From contig CAZQSM010000002.1 in the NCBI GenBank assembly GCA_964596065.1, positions 10,361-74,360 on the forward strand: a stretch of DNA of 64,000 nucleotides, written 5' to 3'. Below the pieces are notes generated by a model. It did not search any database. It was not told where the DNA came from and saw nothing but the letters and a program-made list of their open reading frames with translations. The position numbers and the translations under genes are program-made. Origin of the DNA: an uncultured Chlorobiaceae bacterium (GTDB lineage Bacteria; Bacteroidota; Ignavibacteria; UBA10030; SZUA-254). Below are positions 29,053 to 38,189 of the stretch, piece after piece (position 1 is the first letter of the stretch; each line of letters begins with the position of its first letter).

Positions 29053-30438
29053 ATGAATATCACCGACGTCGACGTTCAATTATTGAGGAAATATTCGGTC
29101 GCCGGGCCCAGGTACACAAGCTACCCGAGCGCGCCCCTCTTCTCCGAAAAATTCCGGTCCGAAGATTACCTCGCCGAAATCCGGGACACCAACCCCGACG
29201 GCCAGGACGCCCCGATTTCGATCTACGTCCACCTCCCCTACTGCGATACCCTCTGTTATTTCTGCGGCTGCACGATGAAAGTCACGCACGACCCGTCGCA
29301 GATCACCGACTACAACCGGTACCTCAAGAAGGAGATCGCGGCGATCGCGCCGCTGGTCTCCCGGTCGCGCCCCGTGGTCCAGCTCCACTGGGGCGGGGGG
29401 ACGCCGTCGTACCTGAGCGCCGACGAGATCAGGGACCTGGGCGCGTTCCTGAAGTCGACGTTCTCCTACGCTCCGGACATCGAAGCCGGCGTGGAGATCG
29501 ATCCGCGCGGCCTGACCCGGGACCGGATGGAAGCGTTCAGGGAATCGGGATTCAACCGTGTGAGCATGGGGGTGCAGGACTTCAATCCCGAGGTGCAGAA
29601 GGCGGTGAACCGCGTCCAGTCGGAGGAGATCACCCGGGACGCCGTGGAGTGGAGCAGGGAGCTGGGATTCCAGAGCATCAACATCGACCTCATCTACGGA
29701 CTCCCCCACCAGTCCGTCGCCCAGTTCGCCGAAACCGTCGACAAGGTGATCGCCCTCTCGCCCGACCGGCTCGCGGTCTTCAATTACGCCCACGTCCCCT
29801 GGCTCAAACCGCACCAGAAGGTGATCGACGACTCGACCCTCCCCTCGCCGGAGGAAAAACTCGGGATTTTCCTGATGACGCTCGGAAAGCTGATCGGGGC
29901 CGGGTACGTCAACATCGGCATGGACCATTTCGCCAAGCCGGACGACGAACTCGCCATCGCCCGCGACAACGGGACGCTCTACAGGAACTTCCAGGGATAT
30001 TCGACCAAGTCGGGATGCGACATGTACGCGTTCGGGATGTCGGCCATCAGCTTCCTTGGAGGGGTGTACCACCAGAACCTGAAATCGATACACGATTATT
30101 TCGGACGGCTCGACGAGGGGAGGCTCCCGACGCACGCCGGTTACCGGATGACGCCCGACGACGTGGTCCGGCGCGAGGTGATCATGCGGATGATGTGCGA
30201 CAACGAGGTGATGAAGGCCGACGTCGGCCGGAAGTTCGGGATCTCGTTCGACGCCTATTTCGCGGACGCGCTGGTGAAACTCCGGCAGTTCACCGGGGAC
30301 GGACTCCTGGAGCTGCACGCGGACAGGATCGTGATCACCCCCCCGGGCAGGCTGATCGTCCGGAACATCGCGATGTGCTTCGACCCCTACCTGGAATCGA
30401 TGCGGAAGGACACGCCCGTCTTCTCGAAGACCGTCTGA
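29053..30438 (+). CDS. hemN: oxygen-independent coproporphyrinogen III oxidase (radical SAM)
   Basis: CxxxCxxC radical-SAM motif YCDTLCYFCGC, GGGTPSYL, and the HemN C-terminal domain. ATG at codon 56 of ORF 28888..; the upstream extension was rejected. Confidence 0.85.
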   Translation: MNITDVDVQLLRKYSVAGPRYTSYPSAPLFSEKFRSEDYLAEIRDTNPDGQDAPISIYVHLPYCDTLCYFCGCTMKVTHDPSQITDYNRYLKKEIAAIAPLVSRSRPVVQLHWGGGTPSYLSADEIRDLGAFLKSTFSYAPDIEAGVEIDPRGLTRDRMEAFRESGFNRVSMGVQDFNPEVQKAVNRVQSEEITRDAVEWSRELGFQSINIDLIYGLPHQSVAQFAETVDKVIALSPDRLAVFNYAHVPWLKPHQKVIDDSTLPSPEEKLGIFLMTLGKLIGAGYVNIGMDHFAKPDDELAIARDNGTLYRNFQGYSTKSGCDMYAFGMSAISFLGGVYHQNLKSIHDYFGRLDEGRLPTHAGYRMTPDDVVRREVIMRMMCDNEVMKADVGRKFGISFDAYFADALVKLRQFTGDGLLELHADRIVITPPGRLIVRNIAMCFDPYLESMRKDTPVFSKTV

Positions 30439-30451
30439 CCGGGAGCGCCCG

Positions 30452-30844
30452 CTATTTTCGGCTCCAGACCATCTGCTCCCGCAACACACCCCTGATCCCC
30501 GTCAGGTCCTCGATCCGCCGGATGTCCCGTATCGCCTCCTCCGCGCTGTCGAACCGGCCGACCCACACCAGAAAGAGCAGCCGTTTTCCATCGATCAGGT
30601 TGTCGTAGATGACCGCGTCGATCCCGTTCGATTTGAGCCGGGAAACGAGATTCTCGGCATTCTCCCGGAGTGAGAACGCGCCCATCTGGACTGCGTAGAC
30701 TGCCATTCGATGTCCGGATGTGTCCATCGTTCGGGGTGCCGAATATATCGCGGGATTGGCAGAGCTGCCCGAGCCGGTGATATCGATCGATGTCAGTATG
30801 ATTGAAACAATAAAAACAAGCGCTGTCAGGAAGAATGTTTTCAT
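30452..30844 (-). CDS. SPOR (peptidoglycan-binding, septal) domain protein with N-terminal membrane anchor
   Basis: YAVQMGAFSLRENAENLVSRLKSNGIDAVI...LFLVWVGRFDSAEEA is a classic SPOR domain. One of only two credible minus-strand genes in the window. Confidence 0.65.
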   Translation of the reverse strand: MKTFFLTALVFIVSIILTSIDITGSGSSANPAIYSAPRTMDTSGHRMAVYAVQMGAFSLRENAENLVSRLKSNGIDAVIYDNLIDGKRLLFLVWVGRFDSAEEAIRDIRRIEDLTGIRGVLREQMVWSRK

Positions 30845-31049
30845 CGTTATCCTCCACGGATTTCCAAAATCAGGGTCGAAATGTAAGTTGATTCATCCAA
30901 AATATCAACTAACGCCCGGAAAACCTTGATTTTTAAGAGAAAATAACATATCCTAGGCCGAAAGCTTTTAAAAACAATCCGATATCCGGGATTTCGATAT
31001 CTGCGCGTGTCCGGTCCGGGAGGGTCGACACCGGGAGGAGGAACAACCA
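30845..31049. promoter_or_regulatory. AT-rich divergent intergenic region (probable back-to-back promoters for the SPOR gene and the coiled-coil receiver gene)
   Basis: About 205 nt with clearly lower GC than the 68-70% background (runs such as TTTTTAAGAGAAAATAACATATCC). Flanked by divergent gene starts. GGGAGGAGG ribosome-binding site precedes ATG 31050. Confidence 0.5.
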
Positions 31050-33323
31050 ATGGCATCATCCAAAGAACACACCCATCTCGAGTTTCGGGGCTTCCTGCGG
31101 CAGGCGGACAAGTTTCTCGCCGAGGCAAGGTTCACTGAGGCGAAGGAGGAGCTTGAAAAAGCAAGGAAGCTCGATCCCGCGAATCCATTCATCCGCGCGT
31201 TCGACGAGCGGATCTCGCTCTTCGAGGTAAAGTCCAAAACCGCCGCCGGAGACGAACAGCCCGTGGGGGGCTCCGGGAGGGACGCGAAACCAGCCGCGCC
31301 ACCCCCCGGCCGCGCCCGCAGCGCCGCAGAAGTCGGGGGGCCGGAGCCGGGCGTCCCGCCGGAGGTGCGGATGGGGGTGGAGGAGGAAATCAGGCGGAAA
31401 TATACCGAGGAGGTGCGGAGAGCCGAGGAACGCGCCGCGAAGCTGGTGGCCGAGGAGAAGGAGCTGCTGGAGAAAAATTTCCTGAAGCAGCGGCTCGAAA
31501 ACGAACGCGAATTCGACAAGGTCAAGCAACGCTACGAAAAGGAATACCAGGAACGGCTCGCCACCGAGATCCGGAAGACGGAGATGCGGCTGGAGGGGGA
31601 ATACCAGTCGGAGCTCGCACGCCTGGAGGGGGACCTGCGCACGAAACTCCACCAGCAGTTCCAGGCCGACCTGGTCGAAGAAAAGGAGCGGTTGAAGAAT
31701 GAACTGCGCGGTCTCGCCGACAAGGAACGGCATTCGGCGGCCGAGATGGAGCAGGGGCTCCGCGCGGCGTTCGAGGCGCGGCTCGCTGAAGAGCTGGAAA
31801 AAGCCGGGATGGAACTCCGGCTGCAGCTGCAGGAAACGCACCGCCGTGAGGAGGAGAAGCTCAAGATCACGCTCACGGAGGAATTTGAAAACCGGCTGAC
31901 CTACGAGCGCGACAAGATGAAGGAAGAGTTCGACAAGCAGCGGAGGAAGGGGGACGACCTCCACCGGATCGAACTCTCAAAGGCGCGCCAGGCACAGGAG
32001 GAACTCGAGAAGAAGATGCGGGACGAGTTCAACCGGAGGCTCCTTGAATCGGTCAGGAAGGCCGAAGTGGTGTACGAAGAACAGGCGGCGCTCCGGCTGA
32101 AGGAGGAGCGGGAAAAACTCAGGCACCAGCTCGAAGGGGAGTTCCGCGCGGAACTCGAGCGTGAACGCAATGCGCTCAGGGTGGAGTACGAAAAACTGAA
32201 GGCGTCGCTCGAAGCCTCCGCCGACGACGAATCCGCCGGGGTCAGGCAGCAGGCGGAGGCGCGGATCCGCGACCAGGTCGACGCGGCGAAAAAGCAGCTC
32301 GAGGAGGAACTCGGGCGCCGGTCGACGGCCCTGCGCAACGAGCTGGAATCGAAGTACCAGATCGAGTACGAGGCGAAGCTCCACGACGAACGGGAGAAGA
32401 TCAGGAAGGACGCCGACCTGAAGATCGAAGCCGAGACGGCGCGCCTCGACGCCGGGTTCCAGGCGAAGATCCGCGAGCAGGAGGAAAAGCTCAAGGCCGT
32501 CCGGAAGGAGCTTCGGGCCAGGATGGACGAGGAGCTGCTCCGGCGGATGGAATCGATGGCGTCCGACTACGAGACGAAACTCGACCTGCTGGGCGTGCGA
32601 CTCCCCGAAACCCGCGCGGAGCAGATGCACCACTACCGGGAGGCGATGCTGGCCCGGTACGCGAAGGGGGCCCTCGACGTGGAGGACGCGAAGAAGCTCC
32701 TCCAGCTGAAGGAAATGCTGGGGCTGACGTTCGACGACCACCTGGTCATCGAGGGCGAAGTGCGGTTGAAAACGTACTCCGACCGGATCCGGCAGCTCGT
32801 CGTCTCGGGCGCCCTGGACCCTGAAGACGAGGTGGCGCTCGGGAAGCTCAAGGAGAAATACGACATCACCGAGGAGGAATCGAAGACGCTCGAACACCAC
32901 CTGCTGGCGAGCTTCGGCAAGCTGCGCGTGAAGGGCCGGCTGATGGTGGCGGACGACGATCAGCTGCTCCTGAGGACCCTCGAGGACATCCTGGGCGACG
33001 CGGGGTATGCCGTGGTCACGGCGCCCGACATCGAAACCGCCATCGCACACCTGAAGACGACGCCGTTCGACCTGATCCTCAGCGACATCAAGTTCTCGGA
33101 CAACGAATTCGAGGGGTTCGCCTTCTTCAAGCAGGTCCAGGGCATCCCGCCGTACGCCGGCATTCCGTTCATCTTCATGAGCGCGCTCTCCGACGGCGTG
33201 ATCGTGAGGTCGGGAATCCAGCTCGGGGTGGACGATTACCTCACCAAGCCGATCGAGCCGGAACTCCTCCTCGCCGTGGTCGAGGGGAAGCTGAAGCGCT
33301 TCCGCGCGATGAAGCTCCAGTGA
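31050..33323 (+). CDS. 757-aa protein: N-terminal TPR-like helix pair, about 550-aa charged coiled-coil, C-terminal response-regulator receiver (REC) domain
   Basis: Residues about 120-600 are a continuous E/K/R/L heptad-like region. The last about 125 aa carry REC signatures: acidic pocket ADDD, phospho-acceptor LILSDIKF, MSALSD, YLTKP. Confidence 0.7.
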   Translation: MASSKEHTHLEFRGFLRQADKFLAEARFTEAKEELEKARKLDPANPFIRAFDERISLFEVKSKTAAGDEQPVGGSGRDAKPAAPPPGRARSAAEVGGPEPGVPPEVRMGVEEEIRRKYTEEVRRAEERAAKLVAEEKELLEKNFLKQRLENEREFDKVKQRYEKEYQERLATEIRKTEMRLEGEYQSELARLEGDLRTKLHQQFQADLVEEKERLKNELRGLADKERHSAAEMEQGLRAAFEARLAEELEKAGMELRLQLQETHRREEEKLKITLTEEFENRLTYERDKMKEEFDKQRRKGDDLHRIELSKARQAQEELEKKMRDEFNRRLLESVRKAEVVYEEQAALRLKEEREKLRHQLEGEFRAELERERNALRVEYEKLKASLEASADDESAGVRQQAEARIRDQVDAAKKQLEEELGRRSTALRNELESKYQIEYEAKLHDEREKIRKDADLKIEAETARLDAGFQAKIREQEEKLKAVRKELRARMDEELLRRMESMASDYETKLDLLGVRLPETRAEQMHHYREAMLARYAKGALDVEDAKKLLQLKEMLGLTFDDHLVIEGEVRLKTYSDRIRQLVVSGALDPEDEVALGKLKEKYDITEEESKTLEHHLLASFGKLRVKGRLMVADDDQLLLRTLEDILGDAGYAVVTAPDIETAIAHLKTTPFDLILSDIKFSDNEFEGFAFFKQVQGIPPYAGIPFIFMSALSDGVIVRSGIQLGVDDYLTKPIEPELLLAVVEGKLKRFRAMKLQ

Positions 33324-33342
33324 GCGCACCGGGGTGACACGT

Positions 33343-33369
33343 CCGGGGGGATTTGTATCTTCCCCCCGG
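33343..33369 (+). terminator. GC-rich hairpin downstream of the coiled-coil REC gene (possible terminator, no U-tract)
   Basis: CCGGGGGGA-N9-TCCCCCCGG perfect 9-bp inverted repeat 20 nt after the stop codon. Confidence 0.35.
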
Positions 33370-33453
33370 ATTCGCTACCATTACGAAGGACACGCCGACA
33401 TCCTCAGTCCGGCGACACGCTGAAATTCCCCTTCATCCACAATCGTCACGCTG

Positions 33454-34860
33454 ATGAAATCGTCTTTGCTCGCCCTGCTGCTCGCGGCGTTCGTGGCCGG
33501 AACCTCGGCCCAGCCACCCACGCGCAGAAACGTCTCGGAAAAGCGCGTCACCACGATGGACACGCTCACGTCGATCAGGGAATCGATCGTCGAAAACCCC
33601 GATTCGCGTAGCGTCTCGTACGTCCTGAAGACCTCCAACGAGACGATGGCCGTGATACTGGGCGACAGGATCCAGAAGGACTACGACGCCATCGGGATGC
33701 CGGGGGTGACGTACGCGGCGGACGGCTCGCGCTGGGCGTACATGGCCAAGGCGGGCGACAAGTTCCTGGTGGTGGTGGACGGCGTCGAGTCGAAGCTGTA
33801 CGACGGGATCGGGACCGATCCCGTCTTCAGCCCCGACGGGAAGCGGGTCGCCTTCGTCGCCCGCAGGGGCGAGCGGCAGGTGGTCGTCGCGGACGGCCGA
33901 GAGGGAAAATTATACGGCGGCATCGGGGCGATCGGGCCGGTCTTCAGCGCCGACGGTAAACACCTGGCCTACGTCGCCGTCGACAGCGCGCGGAGCGTGC
34001 TGGTCACGGACGGGCGCGAGGGGAGGAGGTTCGACGCGATCGTGATGAGTTCCTTCGCCCTGAACCGCGACGGGACGAGGAGCGCGTACGTCGCCGTCGA
34101 GTCGGACACGCTCCTGCTGGCGGTCGACGGCAAGCCGGTCCGGGGCGTCAGGGTGTCGGAGGGGATCAGGCCGCAGTTCAGCCCCGACGGACGGCGCCTC
34201 GCGCTCGTCGCGTACGAGGGCGCGAAGGAATTCGTCTATCTCGACGGCAGCGGCGGGCCGCGGTACGACCGCGTTTCCGACAGGACGATGGCCTTCAGCG
34301 CGAATTCGAAGCGCTTCGCCTACCTGGCGCAGAAGGGCCCGAAGTGGTGCATGGTGATCGACGGGAAGGAGGGGAAGCTCTACGACGAGGTCGGGTCGGG
34401 GACCTTTTCGTTCAGCCCCGACGGCGCCCACCACGCGTACGTGGCGATCTCCGCCGGGAAGCGGATCGTGGTGCGTGACGGCGTGGAAGGGAAGCCGTAC
34501 GACGCGATCCCCGGGGGCAACCCGGTGTTTAGCCCCGATTCCTGGAGCCTCGCTTACGCCGCGAAGGCGGACACGATGTGGAGACTGGTGGTCGACGGAA
34601 AGGAGTCGGCGCCCTTCCCCTCGATCGAACCGGCGACGATCGTGTACGCCCCGGGGGCGAGGGGACGGGCGGCGTGCGTGGTGTCGACCGGAAGCGGCTG
34701 GGCGGTGCTGCTCGACGGGTCGCTGGGGCCGGTGTACGACGCGCTGCTCACCAGGCGGGGAGGGAGGCTGATCTTCGATTCGCCGACCAGGCTCCGTTAC
34801 CTCGCGGTCCGGGGCCAGGACGTCCTGCAGGTTTCCGAGACGATACCGCCGCGGGAGTAG
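33454..34860 (+). CDS. secreted PD40/TolB-like beta-propeller repeat protein
   Basis: Signal peptide; about ten copies of an approximately 40-aa unit (DG.R.AYVA......VVDGKEGK.YD.I....FSPDG). No HExxH or other catalytic motif. Confidence 0.55.
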   Translation: MKSSLLALLLAAFVAGTSAQPPTRRNVSEKRVTTMDTLTSIRESIVENPDSRSVSYVLKTSNETMAVILGDRIQKDYDAIGMPGVTYAADGSRWAYMAKAGDKFLVVVDGVESKLYDGIGTDPVFSPDGKRVAFVARRGERQVVVADGREGKLYGGIGAIGPVFSADGKHLAYVAVDSARSVLVTDGREGRRFDAIVMSSFALNRDGTRSAYVAVESDTLLLAVDGKPVRGVRVSEGIRPQFSPDGRRLALVAYEGAKEFVYLDGSGGPRYDRVSDRTMAFSANSKRFAYLAQKGPKWCMVIDGKEGKLYDEVGSGTFSFSPDGAHHAYVAISAGKRIVVRDGVEGKPYDAIPGGNPVFSPDSWSLAYAAKADTMWRLVVDGKESAPFPSIEPATIVYAPGARGRAACVVSTGSGWAVLLDGSLGPVYDALLTRRGGRLIFDSPTRLRYLAVRGQDVLQVSETIPPRE

Positions 34861-34881
34861 CGCGCCCCGCCGCCGGGGTTC

Positions 34882-35406
34882 CTACGCGGTGAGGCGACCG
34901 CGGAGGCGGTCGCGCATCAGCAGGAGCTCCTCGCGGACCGAGAGGTCGAATTCAGCCCTCGCCGCGTATCCGAGACGCCTGCGGATTGCTTCCTGCAACT
35001 CGCCGGGGGGCGGAAGGGGAGGGGGCGCGACGAATTCATACCCGAATTTGCTCCTGTAGTAACCGAGGTCGTCGATAACCGCAGCGGGAAGGGCCTCGCC
35101 CCCCTCGAACGTCCGTTCGCGGAGCGCCTCGCGCCGGTCGTCGTCGCCGAGGCAGTGCCAGATGACCTCGGCCGCATTGAACACCACCTGGATGTTCCAG
35201 TACGGCCTGCACCCGGCCAGGGCGGCCGCCCACCGCGTCGAGCCGCAGCAGGAGAGGAAGAAATCCCTCGCATTGTCGCCGGACATGGTGTTGAGCTGGT
35301 CGAGGGTCGGCACGGGATCGGGGGTCAGGGTATGGGCCAGGCGTGGCGTGTTCGTTATCGGCGAATGGGCTGCCGATATGGTATCGAACTCCGGCGTGAA
35401 AAACAA
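34882..35406 (-). CDS. OHCU-decarboxylase-like protein (UraD family)
   Basis: FLSCCGSTRWAAALAGCRPY and YRSKFGYEFV resemble UraD conserved blocks. The domain probably starts at the internal Met (about 35286), since the N-terminal 40 aa have no counterpart. Confidence 0.45.
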   Translation of the reverse strand: MFFTPEFDTISAAHSPITNTPRLAHTLTPDPVPTLDQLNTMSGDNARDFFLSCCGSTRWAAALAGCRPYWNIQVVFNAAEVIWHCLGDDDRREALRERTFEGGEALPAAVIDDLGYYRSKFGYEFVAPPPLPPPGELQEAIRRRLGYAARAEFDLSVREELLLMRDRLRGRLTA

Positions 35407-35539
35407 ATCCTCCCGGCGTTGGAATTATTCCACCGGTTTGATATACTGCACTCCGGGCGCGGATCGCCGGTCTCTCGCCGGCCGCGGGGAACTTCCCCGC
35501 TCGCCCGTTGTTCTGAAGAAACGACACCGACCATTGCCG

Positions 35540-36883
35540 ATGACATCCACGCTTCGAACGCTCCTCGGAACCGCCCTCGCGCTTACGCTCCTTTCCCCCG
35601 CCGGGGCACACTCCCAGCGCAGGTTCGTGCTCGAAGGCGCGACCCTCATCAACGGGATCTTCGACCGGCCCCTCAAGGACCACGTCGTCGTGGTCGACGG
35701 CGGCCGGATCACCGGTGTCGGGCGGAGGAACAAGGTCATCATCCCCCAGGGCGCCGAAACGATCGACATGACGGGAAAGTACATCATACCGGGCCTCATC
35801 GACGTCCACGTCCACGAGGAATCCATGGGCGACTGGCCGCTCTTCCTGGCGTGGGGGGTCACGTCGGTCAACTGCATGTACGAAAATTCCGACACGGCGA
35901 TGGAGCGGGAGGCGTGGAGCCGGTCCGACACGCTTGCCGCGCCGAGGATCTATTCCACGGCGACCATCTTCACCGCCAGGGGAGGGTGGTGGGAGGGTGA
36001 CGGCTTTCCCGACGACCCGGCCGTGAACCGTTTTCCGGAGAACCCCGCCGAGGCGCGGGCGGCCGTGCAGGCGCTGCACGCCCGCGGGATCACCCGGATC
36101 AAGCTGATGGTCGACGACATGGGCTGGTGCCGCGACCCGCTGCCGCGACTGCGGAAGATGGACCCGGCCGTGATGAACGCCCTCCTCGACGAGGCGAAGA
36201 AACTCCGGATTGCGGCCGAGGTGCACGCGCCGAACCTCGCCGACGCCGCCGCCGCCGTCGGCGGAGGAGCGTCATCCCTGGTCCACGGCATCATCGACAG
36301 GCGCCTCGACGCGCCGTTCATCGAATCGGTGCTGGCGGGCGACGTGTTCTACGTCCCGACGTTCTCGCTCTACAGCTTCCTCGCGTCGCCGGAGGGCTTC
36401 GTCGCGCGGGCGCTGGCCGACAGCGCCTTCAGCGCCGCACTCCCGCCCGTCCGCGTCGGGAAGCTCACGGCGCCGGAGTACGCCGCGACCTACCTGGAAC
36501 GGTATCCGAACCAGGCATACGTGGCCGACCACCTCGCCATCCTCGACGCGAACGCCTCGACGATGGCGGGCAACTACGCGCAGATCGCGCTCGGGACCGA
36601 CATGTGGGCCTTCCCGGGGATCGGGGCGCACCTCGAACTCGAGTCGATGACCGCGGCCGGGCTGACGCCGATGCAGGCGCTCACCTCGGCGACCTTCCTC
36701 TCGGCGAAGATGCTCCGGATCCTCCCGCGGACCGGGACGATCGAGCCGGGGAAGGACGCCGACATCCTGGTCCTCGACGCCGACCCGCTCGCCGACATCC
36801 GGAACACCCGGTCGATCGCGATGGTCATCAAGCGGGGGAAAATCTTCACCCCGGACAGTCTGCTCGCCGCGCCGGCCCGATGA
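35540..36883 (+). CDS. secreted metal-dependent amidohydrolase-family protein
   Basis: Signal peptide MTSTLRTLLGTALALTLLSPAGA; GLIDVHVHE metal-binding HxH motif; C-terminal GTD...DADILVLDADP typical of the amidohydrolase superfamily. Confidence 0.7.
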   Translation: MTSTLRTLLGTALALTLLSPAGAHSQRRFVLEGATLINGIFDRPLKDHVVVVDGGRITGVGRRNKVIIPQGAETIDMTGKYIIPGLIDVHVHEESMGDWPLFLAWGVTSVNCMYENSDTAMEREAWSRSDTLAAPRIYSTATIFTARGGWWEGDGFPDDPAVNRFPENPAEARAAVQALHARGITRIKLMVDDMGWCRDPLPRLRKMDPAVMNALLDEAKKLRIAAEVHAPNLADAAAAVGGGASSLVHGIIDRRLDAPFIESVLAGDVFYVPTFSLYSFLASPEGFVARALADSAFSAALPPVRVGKLTAPEYAATYLERYPNQAYVADHLAILDANASTMAGNYAQIALGTDMWAFPGIGAHLELESMTAAGLTPMQALTSATFLSAKMLRILPRTGTIEPGKDADILVLDADPLADIRNTRSIAMVIKRGKIFTPDSLLAAPAR

Positions 36884-38082
36884 GTCCGCGGCCCGCCGAT
36901 CCGCTCCTCCGGTGGCGGAAGCGTTTCCCGATCCTCTCCGGCTCCACCTACCTGATTTCGAATTCCCTCGGCGCAATGCCGCGCGACGTCTACGGCGACC
37001 TCCGGGAGTACGCGGACACCTGGGCCTCCCGCGGCGTGAGGGCGTGGAACGAAGGCTGGTGGTCGATGCAGTCGGAGGCCGCCGACGTCGTCGCGGGGCT
37101 GATCGGCGCCCGGCCGGGGAGGCTCACGATGCACGCGAACGTGTCGCTCGTCCAGGCGCAGCTCGTGTCGTCGTTCGATTTCGCCGGGAAGAAACGCGAG
37201 GTGGTCTTCAGCGACCTCGAATTCCCGTCGGTGATGCACGTCTACCGGGAGTTCGCGACGGACCGCGGCGCCAGGGTGGTCGTGAAGCGATCGGGAGGCT
37301 CGGCCGCGAACGCCCAGCAGATGGTGTACGACGCGATCAACGAGAAGACGAGGGTCGTCCCGGTCTCGCACGTCTTCTTCCGGAACGGGGAGATCCAGGA
37401 CGTCCGGGAGATCGTCCGGAAGGCGCATCGCTGGGGCGCGGCGGTGGTCCTCGACGCGTACCACTCCGTCGGCATCATCCCCGTCGACGTGGCGGCGCTC
37501 GGCGTCGACGCGCTGGTCGGCGGCGTGTTGAAATGGCTCTGCGGCGGACCGGGCGGGGCGTTCCTCTGGGTGCGGCCGTCCCTCCTGAAGACGCTGAAAC
37601 CGAAAGTCACCGGGTGGATGGCCCACCGGTCGCCGTTCGCCTTCCTCCCCGCGATGGAATACGCACAGGGCACGCACCGGATGCTCTCGGGGACGCCGCC
37701 GGTGAGCGTTTTCTACGCGATGCGTTCCGGCCCCGCGATCATCGCGTCGGCGGGGATCGGGAAGGTCCGGGCGAAGTCGATGCGCCAGACCGCGCTGATC
37801 GCGGGGGCGGCCGCGCGGCTCGGGTACCGGATGGTCAGCCCGTCCGATCCGGAGCGACGGGGCGGGGCCGTCACGCTGGACGTTCCGCACGCCTTCCAGG
37901 TGGCCCGCGAACTCCTCAGGAGGGAGATCATCGTCGACTTCCGCGAAGGCTCGGGCATCCGGATCGCCCCCCACTTCTATAATTCCGACGCCGAGGTGCT
38001 CCTCGCGCTGACCGAGATCGGGGATATCCTCCGCTCGGGGGCCTGGCGCCGGCATTCCTCCCGGAGGACACAGGTCACCTGA
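36880..38082 (+). CDS. kynU: kynureninase (PLP-dependent, aminotransferase class V fold)
   Basis: TYLISNSLGAMP, WASRGVRAWNEGWW, KWLCGGPGGAFLWV and TGWMAH blocks align with kynureninase signature regions. ATG overlaps the amidohydrolase stop (ATGA). Confidence 0.75.
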   Translation: MSPRPADPLLRWRKRFPILSGSTYLISNSLGAMPRDVYGDLREYADTWASRGVRAWNEGWWSMQSEAADVVAGLIGARPGRLTMHANVSLVQAQLVSSFDFAGKKREVVFSDLEFPSVMHVYREFATDRGARVVVKRSGGSAANAQQMVYDAINEKTRVVPVSHVFFRNGEIQDVREIVRKAHRWGAAVVLDAYHSVGIIPVDVAALGVDALVGGVLKWLCGGPGGAFLWVRPSLLKTLKPKVTGWMAHRSPFAFLPAMEYAQGTHRMLSGTPPVSVFYAMRSGPAIIASAGIGKVRAKSMRQTALIAGAAARLGYRMVSPSDPERRGGAVTLDVPHAFQVARELLRREIIVDFREGSGIRIAPHFYNSDAEVLLALTEIGDILRSGAWRRHSSRRTQVT

Positions 38083-38189
38083 GGCACGCGCCGGACGCCA
38101 CCGCCCGGCCGGGGCGCCACCGCCACACCCGGGCCCCATCACGCGCCCGTCCCGCTTGTGTCTCATCGGCCGGTGAGGTATATTTTTCA

